Origin: Gnetum montanum
Taxonomy: Eukaryota; Plantae; Gnetophyta
Length of the DNA: 64,000 nt
Direction: 5' to 3'
Assembly: GCA_015680685.1 (NCBI GenBank)
Contig: MNCI01000808.1
Location: forward strand, 28,340-92,339
The notes beneath the pieces were generated by a model. That model saw nothing but the letters and a program-made list of their open reading frames with translations. It made no database searches and was not told the DNA's origin. The position numbers were made by a program, and so were the translations under genes. Positions 12,463 to 25,900 of the stretch are shown here, piece after piece. Positions within the stretch are counted from its first letter, which is position 1. Each line of letters begins with the position of its first letter.

Positions 12463-13530
12463 TGATGAGTGGCGAGATATCCCTACAATCAACCATATGA
12501 ATACGAGCATTACATGTGTGATACAATCGAACTCCAAGGACTAAGTGCTTATGTGCCTTAATGGAACACTTTAAGGTTAATCAATCGTTGTCTTCCCAAA
12601 CTTACTTGTATTGTCATGGTTGTATGGTTAAGTAAGCCTGAGGTGTATGATTTTTATATCTTTTATCTTTTTAACACCTATGCTAAGAGGGGAAAGGTGA
12701 AGAGACTAAATAACTAACTTTCATTAACTAAGTTCTAATCATCCTAGCACCAGTATCCATTCCCACTTACCGTACACACCCTAAACCAATGCAACGCTAC
12801 TGGGATTACCAAACGCTATTTGTTACTGGGTTACCAAGCCCTACACACATGCTTGAAGCGGTCGTACTGAATGCAGTTAACTAGGAGAGTTGAGGGTTGA
12901 GAGAGATTAATTATCTAAGAAAGCATTTAAACATTTAACGATAATTAAATCCTATTTAGCTTAGTCCATATGTTGCAAGGTTTATCCAAAATTTCATCTT
13001 TGTTGCCGTACAAAAATGTGTGCTCAGGTACAATTTGCTCGAATAAAGATCCATTCACTTTGAGACTCCTACTGCGGGCACATAGAAATTATTCTAACTC
13101 TGGAATGGTAAAACTACTATAGTTTGGCTAAGGGTCTAGATCTAGATGGGAAAACAAAGGAAAGCTGCCTCTTACTTATAGGCATGATGGCAGGCTGCGA
13201 TATCACGTACGTGATATCGTAGGGGACAATGCGATATCACGGCTCATCATACCCCCATGACTGAATAAAAACTCGTCCTCAAGTTCCTTATAAAATATTG
13301 GGAAGGTATGGGATTATTGACTTGAATGATACTAATGGTGAATGGGGTGACATGTGAACTAATCATCATTACAATACATGAAAAAATTAGTGTTCATGAC
13401 AACAAGAGTAAACACTATACACATTTGACATCCAGCCTTATTTGGCAGCTGAGAGAGAGAGAGAAAAGAAGAAGAAGAAGAAGTTTGTTGCTGCCAACAC
13501 CAAGATTACATCTTTCGTTGTCCATCGAGT
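12463..13530 (-). mobile_element. 3' LTR (12463-13249), PPT and adjacent internal sequence of Athila-like family
   Basis: TGATGAG...CTCATCA; reverse complement closely matches 27440-28275. Confidence 0.85.
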
Positions 13531-13886
13531 AACTAAGTGATCAATGGTGAAGTAATTTTGTCTAAAATATAGTTATCTTTAGCTTTAGAACTTATTCTCT
13601 TTTCTAGCAAAGTGCCTACAAAGTTAGCAAAATTATCACTCACAACAAGTATTCAATAATTATTTAAATTATTTTTATCCCTCTTTTTATATAACAAGAT
13701 AGCTTTAATAATTTTCCAATGTTAATCTAACCCTTTCTCCTTTGCTTAATTTAATTTATGATAAATTTCTCTATAAATAGTTGATCCTTCCCACATTAAT
13801 AAATCTACATATAAACCTTCTATATCTATAGCTTTATCAAATATTAGCTTTTGAATACCCTCTATGAATTTTGCAATAGTAAATTA

Positions 13887-16800
13887 TGTGAGCAAAGTGA
13901 ACATAACTACCATTCACATAAGCTCAGATATTGTTATCTCATTGGTTACAAGCACTATCTTTTTGTAATTGTATAGGTAGAATAGTTATGTTGTGCTATA
14001 CTACAATGTTAAATATTTAATTGCAAATATTTACAATATAGTCAATATAAATTATTGTTCATCTATAGTCATTTTATTATTGTTAATGTCCAATTTACAT
14101 CCAATTAACACTACTTACAAATGTTTATCCCATACTATAAATATGATTGCAAGGAAGCCTTGAATACAAAGTGTGTTTAGATTTCATCCCTATGTTATCT
14201 TCTTTTTCATTCTTTGTTGTTCATTATGATTGGAAATTCTCTATGAGTTGAGATAAAGATCCATGAGCCTACTCCTTGCTAGGGTTTTTCTTATCTTACT
14301 CTAGGATATATTATTCTATTTTTTATTAATTTATTTTTACTATTACCACGAATGATCTCAAACCTCGCAATTAGTATCAAAACTAGGTTCTTCTCATGGT
14401 GGTGAATTATTTTCCAACCTATACTCATGGTTGCATTTGTGTTGGTTCTTTGTTCTTTTCTTACTAATTTTAGGTAAATGAAAAATCCAAAAAATCTTTG
14501 GCAAGTGGTTGTTGAATCCAACCATTCTAATAAGTGGTTGTTGAATCCAACCTTACACCTAACAAGAAATCACATTAGGAGTTCCTTAATAGAAAATTAG
14601 GAAGTCTTGGATTCCTCTTCAATTTTTCTATATTGTGTAATGTTTCTAAAATCTTTAAAATATGGTATATATCAAAATGTAATCCTTTGTTCTTATCAAA
14701 AGGGAGATTTTGTACATTTGTACATAGTATCTTAGGGTTGATGGAGATTTTGTACTATGTGTCTTGGGCTTAATGATACTAAAAGGGTTTCTTGGGGTTG
14801 ATGACATTAAGAGAATTTTCTGATGCATTGATTTAGCTTCAAAGTTAGGATCTGTGATGAAAAATAAGAAAAAATCCAATTCAAGAATGAAACTTCATAA
14901 AAGATATATACTATATTTATTAATTTTAATAAACACGCATAGGGTCATCCTCCCTCAGTAGGAGATATTGCTCCTAACTAACAAGATGATATGAATAATA
15001 TATAAGAAATAAAAATAGGGGAAAATGTAAGTGAAGATGAGGAAATAGAGTATCAACATAATGATCTATCAACTTCACAACCCTTAAGACAGTTTGGTCA
15101 TATAAGAAAATTACCCACTCAATTTAAAGAAAAAATTCTAATCACTAAAGTTAAACCACTTATTTATGATGAACCATATACAACTCTTTATCATAAAGAG
15201 TAGAAGTGAGTGATAGATGATGAATTATCCTCTATTCATAAGAATAAAACATGCAAAATGGTGAAACTTCTATTTGGTAGGAAACCAATTGGATGTAAGT
15301 GGATGTTCATAACTAAATTTGGTGATTAGTTTAAAGCACGTCTTATTGCTAGGGTTATTCCCAAAAGAAGGGAATTGATTATGATGAAATCTTCTCCCCT
15401 ATGGTAAAATTAACATTCATTAGATCATTGTTTTCAATAGCAATGGCTTATGATCTAGAATATACATATGTGAAAAAATTTCTTTCTCAATAGTAAAGTT
15501 GAGAAGATATTAAATTTCTTTCTCAATAGTAAAGTTGAGAAGATATTATATATATATATATATATAGAGCATATGATTTATAAATGTGCATCAAAGATGT
15601 AGAATAAAACTTTTGTTAACCACATGTTGAGTCTTGTCTTTAGCCTGATGGATTGTTCAGAGTCTTGGCTTTATCTTATCAGAGTTATTTATCAAAAGTC
15701 TTGACATAAGCCTAGAGGACTTGTTTATATATATTAAAAGTCTTGACATAAATCTTGAGGGACTTATATGTATTTCAAAGTCTTAGCATAATCTTGTAAG
15801 ACTTATATATATTGAAAGTCTTTGCTCAAATCCTAAAGGACTTGTATATGTATGTTTAGAGTACAAATGGAAAATAGCATGATATTATTATATGTAACAT
15901 ACATGTTAATAAAAAATGTAAAATTAGTAACATACATGAAATTGAGAAGATAAATCTTTTGTTAATTTAAAATTAGAAAAGATATTAGTGCAACATCAAA
16001 AAAATATTGGGCATGAAAATTTAATGAAATAATGTTTGGCTTGGAAATCTACATATTTGATATGAAAGATTGCAAGCTAGACCACAAGTTGGTAACTATA
16101 CTCTTTGAAATTGCAATAAAGCTTTTAGTTGAACAATGACCAAAAGGAAAGAAGGAGTTTGTGGTGAAAATTCCATGATTTTATTATAAAAGTTTCTTAC
16201 GCTAGTATTGTCAACATTTTGATATATGTGATGGTTAGTACTAAACCTAATATTGCATCCATTGTTGGAAAACTTAGTAAGTATATGTGTAATCTAGGAA
16301 AGCAATATTGGATTGTTGTAAAACAAGTTTTCCTATATCTTTATGGTACCATACATTTTGGTATTTGTTATCAAAGTGAATTGTCTATTCTACATGGCTA
16401 TATGGATGTTGATTGGGGTGGGGATTTAGATAATAGAAAATCTATTAGTGGATACATGTTTAATACATTTAGGGGTGCTATCTCTCAAAAAAGCCAATTA
16501 CAATCTTTTGTAACTCAATCTAGTACTAAAGTAGAATATGTTACTATAAGCCTAGCTAGTTGGGAAGTAACATGGCTTTAGAGATTAGTGGTTGAACTCA
16601 AGATTTATAAAAAGATTATGATAATTGGTTATGATAACCAAAGTATAATTTATATATCTAAGAATTCCACTTTCTACAGTAGAACGAAGCATATAGAAAT
16701 ATAGTATCACTATATTCAAAAGTAGATAAATGAACAAAGGAATATTCTTGGAAAAATTAAAATAGAAGAAAATCTTATTAATATGAGGAAATATCATTCT

Positions 16801-17392
16801 TTTTAAAAAATGTTTTATGCTATCAAATAGTTGTTGGTGTCATGGAAGGTGTTACCATCTATGGTCTAGATTGGGCTTCATGGTAGGTTTGCCTTCAAGA
16901 GGAAGAATTGTGAGTAAAGTGAAGCCAACTACTATTCACATAAGCTTAAATATTATTATCTCATTAGTTACAAATACTATCTTTTTATAATTGTATAGTT
17001 AAAATAGTTATGTTGTATTATACTACAATGTTGAATATTTAACTATATATATTTACAAGGTAGTCAATGTAAACATTTGCTCCTCTCTCATCATTTTATT
17101 ATTGTTAATGTCTAGTTTATATTCAATTAACGCTACCTATAGATATCCATTCCATACTATAAATATGATTGCAAGAAAGCCTTGAATGTAGAGTGTGTTT
17201 AGCTTTTATCCCTATATTATCTTCTTTCTCATTCTCTATTGTTCATTGTGATTGAGACATTCTCTCTGAGATGAGACAAAGATCCACAAGCCTACTTCTT
17301 GTTGGGGTTTTTCTTGTTTTTTCCCAGGATATATTCTTCTTTTTTTCTATGGATTTATTTTTACTATTTCACGAACTATCTCAAACCTCATA
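13887..17392 (+). mobile_element. Internally deleted Ty1/copia element with both LTRs (13887-14369, 16909-17392)
   Basis: Two ~483-bp direct repeats starting TGTGAG; decayed tRNA-iMet PBS TAGTATCAAAAC at 14372; PPT CAAGAGGAAGAA; near-TSD AATTA/AATTG; RT motifs (GRKPIGCKWMF, GIDYDEIFSP). Confidence 0.9.
16219..16800 (+). pseudogene. pol: Copia RT C-terminus / RNase H remnant
   Basis: GYMDVDWGGDLDNRKSISGY, QSSTKVEY, DNQS, RTKHIEI motifs. Confidence 0.9.
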
Positions 17393-17716
17393 AATTGAAG
17401 AGATGCCTATTGTACAATAGCAATGGAATTATCATCTTCTCCAATAAATGGTTTATTGTAAAATAAATAAAAATCTTTAAAAAAAATTAAATGATAAAGA
17501 GGCTTTATGATGGAAATTTTAGTAAAACTATCTAGGTTCTTTTTTAATGGTATAAGCAAAATATTCTTGCTACTCCTTGATCAATTTTCTTCCTTTCATT
17601 ATAATCAGGTATTTATATGATTTACCTAAATTCATTTATCATTCTTATTTGCAATATTAATATTTTGTACTAAGTCTTTTGAGCATACTACTCTGAATGC
17701 TCAACTTATTCCTTAT

Positions 17717-20700
17717 TGATGGGTGGTGAGTAGACCCTACGCCCAACTATACAAATCACTAAGCATTCACATGTAGTCTAATCAAATTCCATACACTTAT
17801 AACCTACTTAGTACACTAGTCTCTAGGAAGTGAAACTAATTGTTGTAATTATTGTCTTCCCAATTACACTTGTAAAATGCAAATGTATGATTAAGTGCAA
17901 CTGAGGCATGTGATTTTTATCATTTTTTATGTTTTATGTTTTAAGTTACCTAAGCATAAAGAATAATGAATAAAATAATTAAATTTATAATTAAATATAA
18001 CTAACTATAGCTAACTAATCCTAACATAAGCATTTGTTCCCACTTATTGTACACATTCTGAACACATTTAACACTAGTAGGTTACCAATAATTAAGTATT
18101 ATTGGGATTACCAATCACCAAGCATATGCTCAAAGTGGTTGTACTTATGTGCTTAATTAATCACTATTTAATTTAGCTTATTTTAGCTTAATTGATTACT
18201 TAATTACTTAAAGAATTAAAGGAAATTGTAGAAAACATTAAATGCATATGTAAACAAATAATCTATTTCAAAGTGTTGCAAGGTTTATCAGAAAGCTCAT
18301 CTTTATTGTTGCACACACTTCCATGCACAGGTACAATAGTGCTCAAATAAAGATCCATACCTCTTTGACTCCTACTATAGCCACTTAGAAAAACATTCTA
18401 ACTTTCAAGCAAGAAAACTGTAAGAGCTCCACTACAACTACGATAAAAGATGCCAAAAACATGGTGAATGATCATGTATTTATAGGTAAAAATAGACATT
18501 GCATTGATGAGGCCACATCAACACATCAAGTCCCACATCAACGTGGTCACATTGAGAAGGCCATGTTGATGAGGCCTCATCGATGAAACCCAAGAAAATG
18601 CAACTCATCATATTTCCATGACTAAATGAAAACTTGTTCTTAGGTGAACAAAAGGTGGAACAAGTTTCTTACGAAACTTTGGGAATGTATGGGATTATTC
18701 ATGAACTAGTTACATTTGCAAACACAAACACAAACAAACACTAAGTACCTAAGTATACGAAATTACAATTATTACAAATTTTTGGTGTTTAGGATAACAA
18801 AATTGAACAATAGGACAAAAATGACAAACATAATTTCTCTAATGATGCAAAGATGAGAAATAAGTTCAAACAATCCCAGGAGATGGAGGTTCTTAAGGCT
18901 CTAAATGACCATCTCTTGCTTTAGATATACATCATGGTTGAGATGACTATGGTTGCCTTGTAGCAACTACAACTTCTAGTAGAATATGGAAGGCATTCAA
19001 CAGTACCTTCATCTTTTCCTTCTTACTCCTAGGATCATTCATGATCCATGTTGCATCTCGAATGTGGTCTGATGTGGAAACATCCCAAGGACAGGGCATT
19101 GTCAGAAATAGCTCCTTCACATTAATGAACCAGGCAGCGAAAAGTTTACATTCAATATCAAATGCCTTTAATGCATTTTGTAGCTCTTGGTAATCATTCA
19201 TTTTCTTGGCCAAGTTCTTATCTATAGACTATTGATCAGTGAAACACTGCTTGAGAACATCAAGTTCTGCATTTACCACCTCAAGCTTCTACTTGGTGTC
19301 TTTGTGATGCATGAACTTAGCTTTGTACAACAAGTATGAACTAGCCACCTATTTTTCCAATTCAAACCATGGACATTCAATAGTCAGCATTGCCAAATTT
19401 TCATAATGAAGATTGTCAAGCTTCATGTACTCTTTCATCTCCTCAGTCTATAGCTTCTTCATGTGCATGTTTGCCTTGTTGTAGTCATTGAGCCCATCAA
19501 AGATAGGTTGCCAAAAATTACCTTATTCCTTGAGCAACTAGAGGGCCTCATTAACTTTCACTTTTGTCATCTAAATATGTTTTTCATTGATTTATTTCTA
19601 TAGATCAACCTAATCACTATAGTGATTTTTGACTCTCTCAAATTTAAGAGCCTCATTTTTCACAATGGCTACCTCTATTGCAATTTTATGGCAAAGGGCC
19701 TAGACTTCCTCCATGGAGAGATTTCTATTTTTGACTGCTAATATCCTTAGTCTAGTTTTTACTTTGACTATTTGCTCATGTTATTTATGAATGACATCTT
19801 TCATTTGCTACTTCTACACATCAACATTCGGTAGGTGGTGATTTTCTATGATCAAACTGATAGACATTCTCTTGGCTAGTCTAATCTAAGGCCTTTTGGA
19901 TATTATGCATGGTAACATTGGCCAAGGATTGATCAAATATTACCATCTTCTTTGCATTCTTGGCCTTCTTGAGCTTTTTTTAAGGCTATTAAAAAGCTTT
20001 ATCATGAGTTAGTATAGGGCTAGGAAACACAAGATCAACAAGATGGGCTCTTAATTCAGCAATCTTTGTAGCCAAGCATTGATTTTGAGCCTGAGCTATT
20101 TCAAGTTTTCATTTCATGATAATGCATTTTCCCCTTGCTTTCAATAGGTCCAACTAGGTTGTAGTGATTGAGTTCAAAAGGTCAAAGATATCTAGAATTT
20201 GTTACCTAATTCCCACCATTTGGTCTAGCAACTCCTTATGTTAGGCTACATTTAATATACCACTAGCTGTTCCTATAGATATCTATACTTCTTTAAGTGT
20301 AGAAACATCTAGTATAGATGTCACAAGTGCATTTAATTCCTTGGAAATTCTATTAGTAGCCACCTCTATTTCTATCTCCTACTCATGATGCTACATCACC
20401 AATATAGTTACCCCTTGCCCTCCTCCAGACACATTGAGAAAGTAACAACATTCCTAGAGATTTCTAGGAATTGTTGTTGTTGTGATATAGAGACTATTAC
20501 CTCTCGAGTGCTAGGATTCAAACTTGCAGGTAGTTGTGTTCTTTTGGTTGAGAACATTAACCCACCTCCCTCTAGTTGGCTGATGGTTCTAACCACTTTG
20601 TTGAGGTAACTCATCGCTAGGCAATACATAGATGGATTTCCACAACTTATTCCTACTTGTTGCTCTTGCTCATAGAAGAGCTACTCTCGGATCTTGTGCA

Positions 20701-22040
20701 TTTGTTCAAGGGTAGTGTGAAACTCTAGCATGGTTTCATGAGTAGATGGTGGAGGTGGTGGTTGTTGTTCCTCTTCCTTGGTTGTGGCAAAGGTCTTATC
20801 TTTCATCATTTTTTCCCAAGAGGTAGAAGGAGAATGTTTGATTATATTGTTGGAATAGTGAACTATTCCTGCCCTTTTGCCTAGTTTTTTTCTTATGAGG
20901 CAAGGAAAGGGCAAGGTCTTCCTTCCATGTTTTTTTTTTCTTAAATCACTTCTCTATCTCTAGATAGATCAACTATGGAAGGTTCACAAGGAATTTTTCA
21001 CTCAAAGTAGCAAAAACACAAGTAGAATTGGGCCTTACCATCAAATTAAGGTGATACGCTTCTATCTTGAAATATACATACTTCCCCAAGGTCAGTGCCC
21101 CATACTCCTTGTGGTCCACTCCATAACATTGCTAGGTCCACTCTTTCTTTACCTCTGGGTCTACTTGTGTGGAGATCTCTACCAAATTTGTTCTTATATC
21201 AAGAAACCTGAAGGCTTGCATAATGGCCTTTACTGAGTAGAACACCTGAATGTCCTTAATCATCATAGTGGCTCCTACTCACCTATTATTCTAAAAGAGA
21301 TATGTCTTTTCCATGTACCATTCCCCACTAAAAGTCATGATTAGCCACATGGAAGAGTTCTACAACTGTGTCTTGACTTCTAGTGAAGCATGTTTTAAGA
21401 ATGGTCCAAATTTTAATTCTTAGAGAACTGAACATTGAATGTCATGAGGCTTGATTCAATCAATGTAGGCTAGAGTCAATGTGACCTCTAGTCTTGACAC
21501 CAGTTCTAGCACCCCATCTTGATGGGATTGTTTAGTTACAATTTCTTCCTTAGGAATCTACTGAATAGATTCCACTTAAGGTTCCTCCTAAAGAGGTCTT
21601 GTTGCATAAGTTTCTACTACCTATTCTTGGGCTTGTTATTACTACTCTCTTCTAGCTCTAGGTCATTTTTCCCTTGGTTGGAATGATCCTCTTTCCTACT
21701 AGTGTTTTGGTCTAAGTTCCATTTGTAATCACAACATAGCCAAGGATTAGCACTTATTGTATAACTTTGAAACATTTAAAATACCTTATCTCTTGGGGTA
21801 GTTACACTTTGCTAAGTTGTGATCATGGCTAGTTTGATTATTTTAATATTATTTTATTATTATCTGATTAAATAGGTTACCCAAGTGTGTTCAAAGGGTT
21901 TAACTCTCATAGGTTGATGATTTAATATAATTTTATTCATTAAATATATCAGGCAGTTAAAAAAATTTTGAAATTTTTTTTGTCAAAAACCTTAGATTTG
22001 TGCCCCTCACAATGTAAAGTGGACCTCCAGAAGCTATCAA
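17717..22040 (-). mobile_element. 3' half of Athila-like element: 3' LTR (17717-18610), PPT, degenerate extra ORF (~18900-21725)
   Basis: LTR termini TGATGG...CTCATCA, PPT-equivalent at 18611-18632; ORF fragments (PFPCLIRK, MPCPWDV..ATWIMNDP) homologous to 2428-4860. Confidence 0.8.
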
Positions 22041-22214
22041 ACTTACTTAACCATACACCATGACAACTACAAGTAAGTCTGGGAAGACAACAAATGATTA
22101 ACCTTAAGTGTTCCATAACGCATGTAGGCACTTAGTCTGCAGAGTTCAACCGAATCGCACGTGCTACGCTCGTATTCGTATGGTTGAGTGTAGGGGTACC
22201 TCGCCACTCATCAT

Positions 22215-22232
22215 TGGCACCATTGCCGGGGA
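22215..22232 (+). promoter_or_regulatory. Primer-binding site, tRNA-Asp type
   Basis: TGGCACCATTGCCGGGGA, two G>A changes from the Athila PBS TGGCGCCGTTGCCGGGGA, 1 nt after LTR end. Confidence 0.85.
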
Positions 22233-23242
22233 CTCAGCGTTTGTGCACTAAGTAGAACATAGGAAATCACTCACATCATTGGGAGCTTAAACGAACCTTA
22301 GGGTTAATTAACAAAAATTTATATATCGGTTAATTAGCACACCGATAAGACACAATGTCTTCTTCTTCTTCTCATAAGAGCATTACACCACCTAGGGATA
22401 ATACAAGAAACAGTTGGCAGTCTAAAACACATAACCAAAATCCACCAGTTCCTCAACAATATCGAGTGGTATATACTCATCCCAATCAATACATACCAAA
22501 TTTTACCTTTATCCTCCATCAAGACGAATAGCTACGATGGAGAGACTTGCAAGGCAACATAGTGTTACCTCTAGATCGATCAGTCCCAAACATGCTTCTT
22601 CATGCTCTTGCACAAATAGGCATGACAGAATTATACGCTGAATATGTTGCAGGAGATTTTGATACAAGGGATTATCATCCCACAGCTACACAACATATCA
22701 AGGATTCATGGTAGAAGAGCCATCATACACTGATGAAGGAAAAAGGGGTCCCGCATATCCTAAGTGAAATCAGAGATGATGAACCCATTATAACAGGTTC
22801 TCTATCAAATGATGTTCCCCCTCCTAACAATGGTGAGGAGGTAGGATATTAGAACCTACGATCCACGATACACAACCCTGGTTCTGATCCCCGTGAACGC
22901 CAACTGTTCACTGAGGGAACAACAACACATGACAAGGATGGGCACTTAGATCGTCATCACGATCGGGGCCACAACAGCCGAATAGAAGGCAAGAAACACT
23001 ATCATGATGATGGTTCTCCTTCTTCTTCTCCTTCATCACACCATTCACCCTCTCCTTCCACATCTGGGCGCAGCCACCAAGAGCATAACATTGAGGATAG
23101 AGGTAGGCAAAGTGAGAGACCTCAACAAGAGAGTCGAGAGAGAGGACAAGGGCATGAATGAAGGAAAAGTAGGGAACAACATAGACATCACAGACGTCAT
23201 GAAAGAGATGATCATGATGAGCCCCTACTTGCAACCCAAAGT

Positions 23243-24055
23243 ATGATAGATATCACAGAGGCAATGAGAATACCAACAAGGCATCAAAGAGATAGTCGGA
23301 TCAAGCGCTTAGACATGAATAATATCCCACGCTTTGAAGGGGGATACAACGCTGATCCGCAACATCATTTACAGGCATTCCATGATGCCTGCGCCTTGCA
23401 AAACATAGAAAATAAGTGGCAAAAACTAAAGTTGTTTCCCAGGACACTCATTAAGGAAGTAGAGAGTTGGTACTGGTCCTTAGAACTGAAAACCATCAGG
23501 AGGTGGAGTACGATGTTAGAATTATTCAAAAATAAGTATCAAACGTACTCCAGAGTGTCTAATTTGCATAAGAAGATCCAAGGATGGAAGCAGGGTAATC
23601 ATGAACCCTTGGATGCTATCATGGGCCGCTACTATGCATTGTTACATCATTGCCTAGGCCATGGTTACACACAACAGGACCAACTTCACCACATCGTAGA
23701 TGGGCTAAGGCATGAGACTAGAAGAACCCTTGGGACTTCTACCCAAGGGAAACTATCAGAACTTAGAGCCCATGAAATTCATCGTTTGTTGGAACAAGTA
23801 GCCAAAGAAGAAGGGGAGCTATGGAAAAGAGAGAGCGTGGAAGAATATAACCGCGATCCTTTCCTTCAAAAGAAGGAAGTGAAATTCTGTGATGAAGAGG
23901 ATGAGTCACCACTCGAAGAGTTGGTGAATAGAAAAACCTTGCTAATTCAAAACCTAACAATAGAAGTATCGGCTAAGGTGGATCAATTATGGGATTCCTT
24001 AGACTCTAGACTTGAAACTATCCTAAAAATCGTAGAGGAGTCTAAGGTGGAATGA
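23243..24055 (+). pseudogene. gag: Retrotransposon Gag capsid domain
   Basis: IPRFEG..DPQHHLQAF..C..KLKLFPRTL...WY...IRRWSTMLELFKNKY...KQGNHEPL; flanking frame broken by stops. Confidence 0.9.
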
Positions 24056-24899
24056 GGTAGTGACAAAGATAAGAATAAGCGGAGAGATTCAGGCCCTAAA
24101 CATAACAAGGGTAAGGGGAAAATAACTATCTTCGATGAGGTTGTGGACTTAGACATAGACGATGACAATGGATGTGAGATCTACCAATATGACCATCCTA
24201 AGGGATGTTGTCTAATCATCTAACATCTACAAGAGTCTAGGGTGTATGCACTCAACCCGAGACTTAATAAACAGCAAACACCCCAAAGGTTACCTTATCC
24301 CCAAGGTAACCCAAGGCAGTTCAACCAACCGTTAACATATTATCCATGTGGAACTCCACCACAATCCATCGGGCAACAATAGCAATGGCAACACCCACAG
24401 TCATGGGGGATGCCACCGTCGATGCAACAATACCCTTACTAGCAACCTGATCCTTATGGCTATTATGTGCAACAACCAGTTTCTCCAAGTGACTCTATGG
24501 GTCACACAACTCCCCAATATCACTACCAAGTTCAGGAGTACTTTAGAAGGACTCCTTCTCCTCCGAGAGACACTCCACATTCATCCCATCCTCCAAATCC
24601 ATCCACCTCTCTTCTCCCAGTAGTTCCCATACCTCCTGCTCCAACAATGCAAGGGGAACTCCCCACTCAACCGCAGCAATGCAATGCTACGAGAGCTGTA
24701 AACATTCAACCCACTATTGGTTTTGACAATCACAAGAAAATAAGACCTTTCTTCAAAACCAAAAGCCCAGACAAGCTCTCACAAAAACAAGCGATTGAGT
24801 CTGTGCACACTCCTCCACCATCCAAGACTTCGGGACTCCCTTTAGTCCAACAGCAGAGCTTCACACATACGGTTATGTTAACACATACTATAACTGATT

Positions 24900-25300
24900 G
24901 GATCAAGGTAGGCCATCTTCCTAGGAAACTATCTGACCTTGGAAGCCCCTTAATCTATCTACAAGTCACCGAGAATGAACCACATAAGGCTCTTCTTGAC
25001 TCAGGTTCCGGAGTCAACTTAATCTCATGAGAAATGTATCAATCCTAGAACCTGCCCCAACTCAAGAAGAGCAACATTCAACTAGAGCTGGCTAACCAGT
25101 CCATCACCATTCCCTTGGGATTGGTGGAGGACATAGTTATCACTGTCCGTGGGTGGTCATACCCAGCTAACTTCTTGGTGATAGAAGTTAATAGTAACAA
25201 CAAGGGCTTCCCAATTATAATGGGAAGGCCATGGCTAAGTACAATAGATGCGTACCTAGGGATCCGCGATCTTTCCTTGGAGATATCTAAGGTAAATATT
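24900..25300 (+). pseudogene. Retropepsin aspartic protease
   Basis: LPRKLSDLGSP, ALLDSGSGVNLI, GLVEDIV, PIIMGRPWLST; in-frame stops. Confidence 0.9.
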
Positions 25301-25729
25301 TCTGGAAAGATCGAGAAGAAGAATGTTCTGTGCATCACATACAATGACTCAGAGGGTGATGACATGGAAGAATGCTCAACATCTCTTCCATGCAACCAAT
25401 GTGCACCAAAGGACAACATTCAAAGGTGCCTGTATGTAGCAACCACACAAGTAGTAGATACCCCGTGGTGGACAGCTAGTCAAAAGAGCAACCCAATATG
25501 CATGGAACAAACTGGGGGGAACAACTCATGCCAACAACGAAGGCATAGATACATTGGAGTATGAGCGTCGCTGACTTCCACCCCTTAATCTAATAACATT
25601 AATGGGGAGAAGTTGGACACTTTTACGAAATTCAAACAGGCACTTATTATTTTGGATCTCTTCCTTTCCATTCAGTCATGGGGGAGATGGCCACCTATGC
25701 TGATCATTGGAGGCCCTCAATTCTTTTTA

Positions 25730-25900
25730 GTTTTTCTTTTACACATTTTTTTTACACATTTTTGTTTTGCACATTATTGTTTTACACATTTTTGTTTTAC
25801 ACATTTTTTTTTTACACATTTTTTTTTTGCACGTTTTTGTTTTACACTTTTTTGTCTTACACATTTTTGTTTTACAAATTTCTTTAACTTTTCTTATTTT
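25730..25900 (+). repeat. 15-bp tandem repeat TTTTGTTTTACACAT
   Basis: About 10 visible units. Confidence 0.9.

Noticed and set aside
22908-23246. Overlapping ORFs upstream of gag
   Set aside because: Alternative frames of the low-complexity gag N-terminal region
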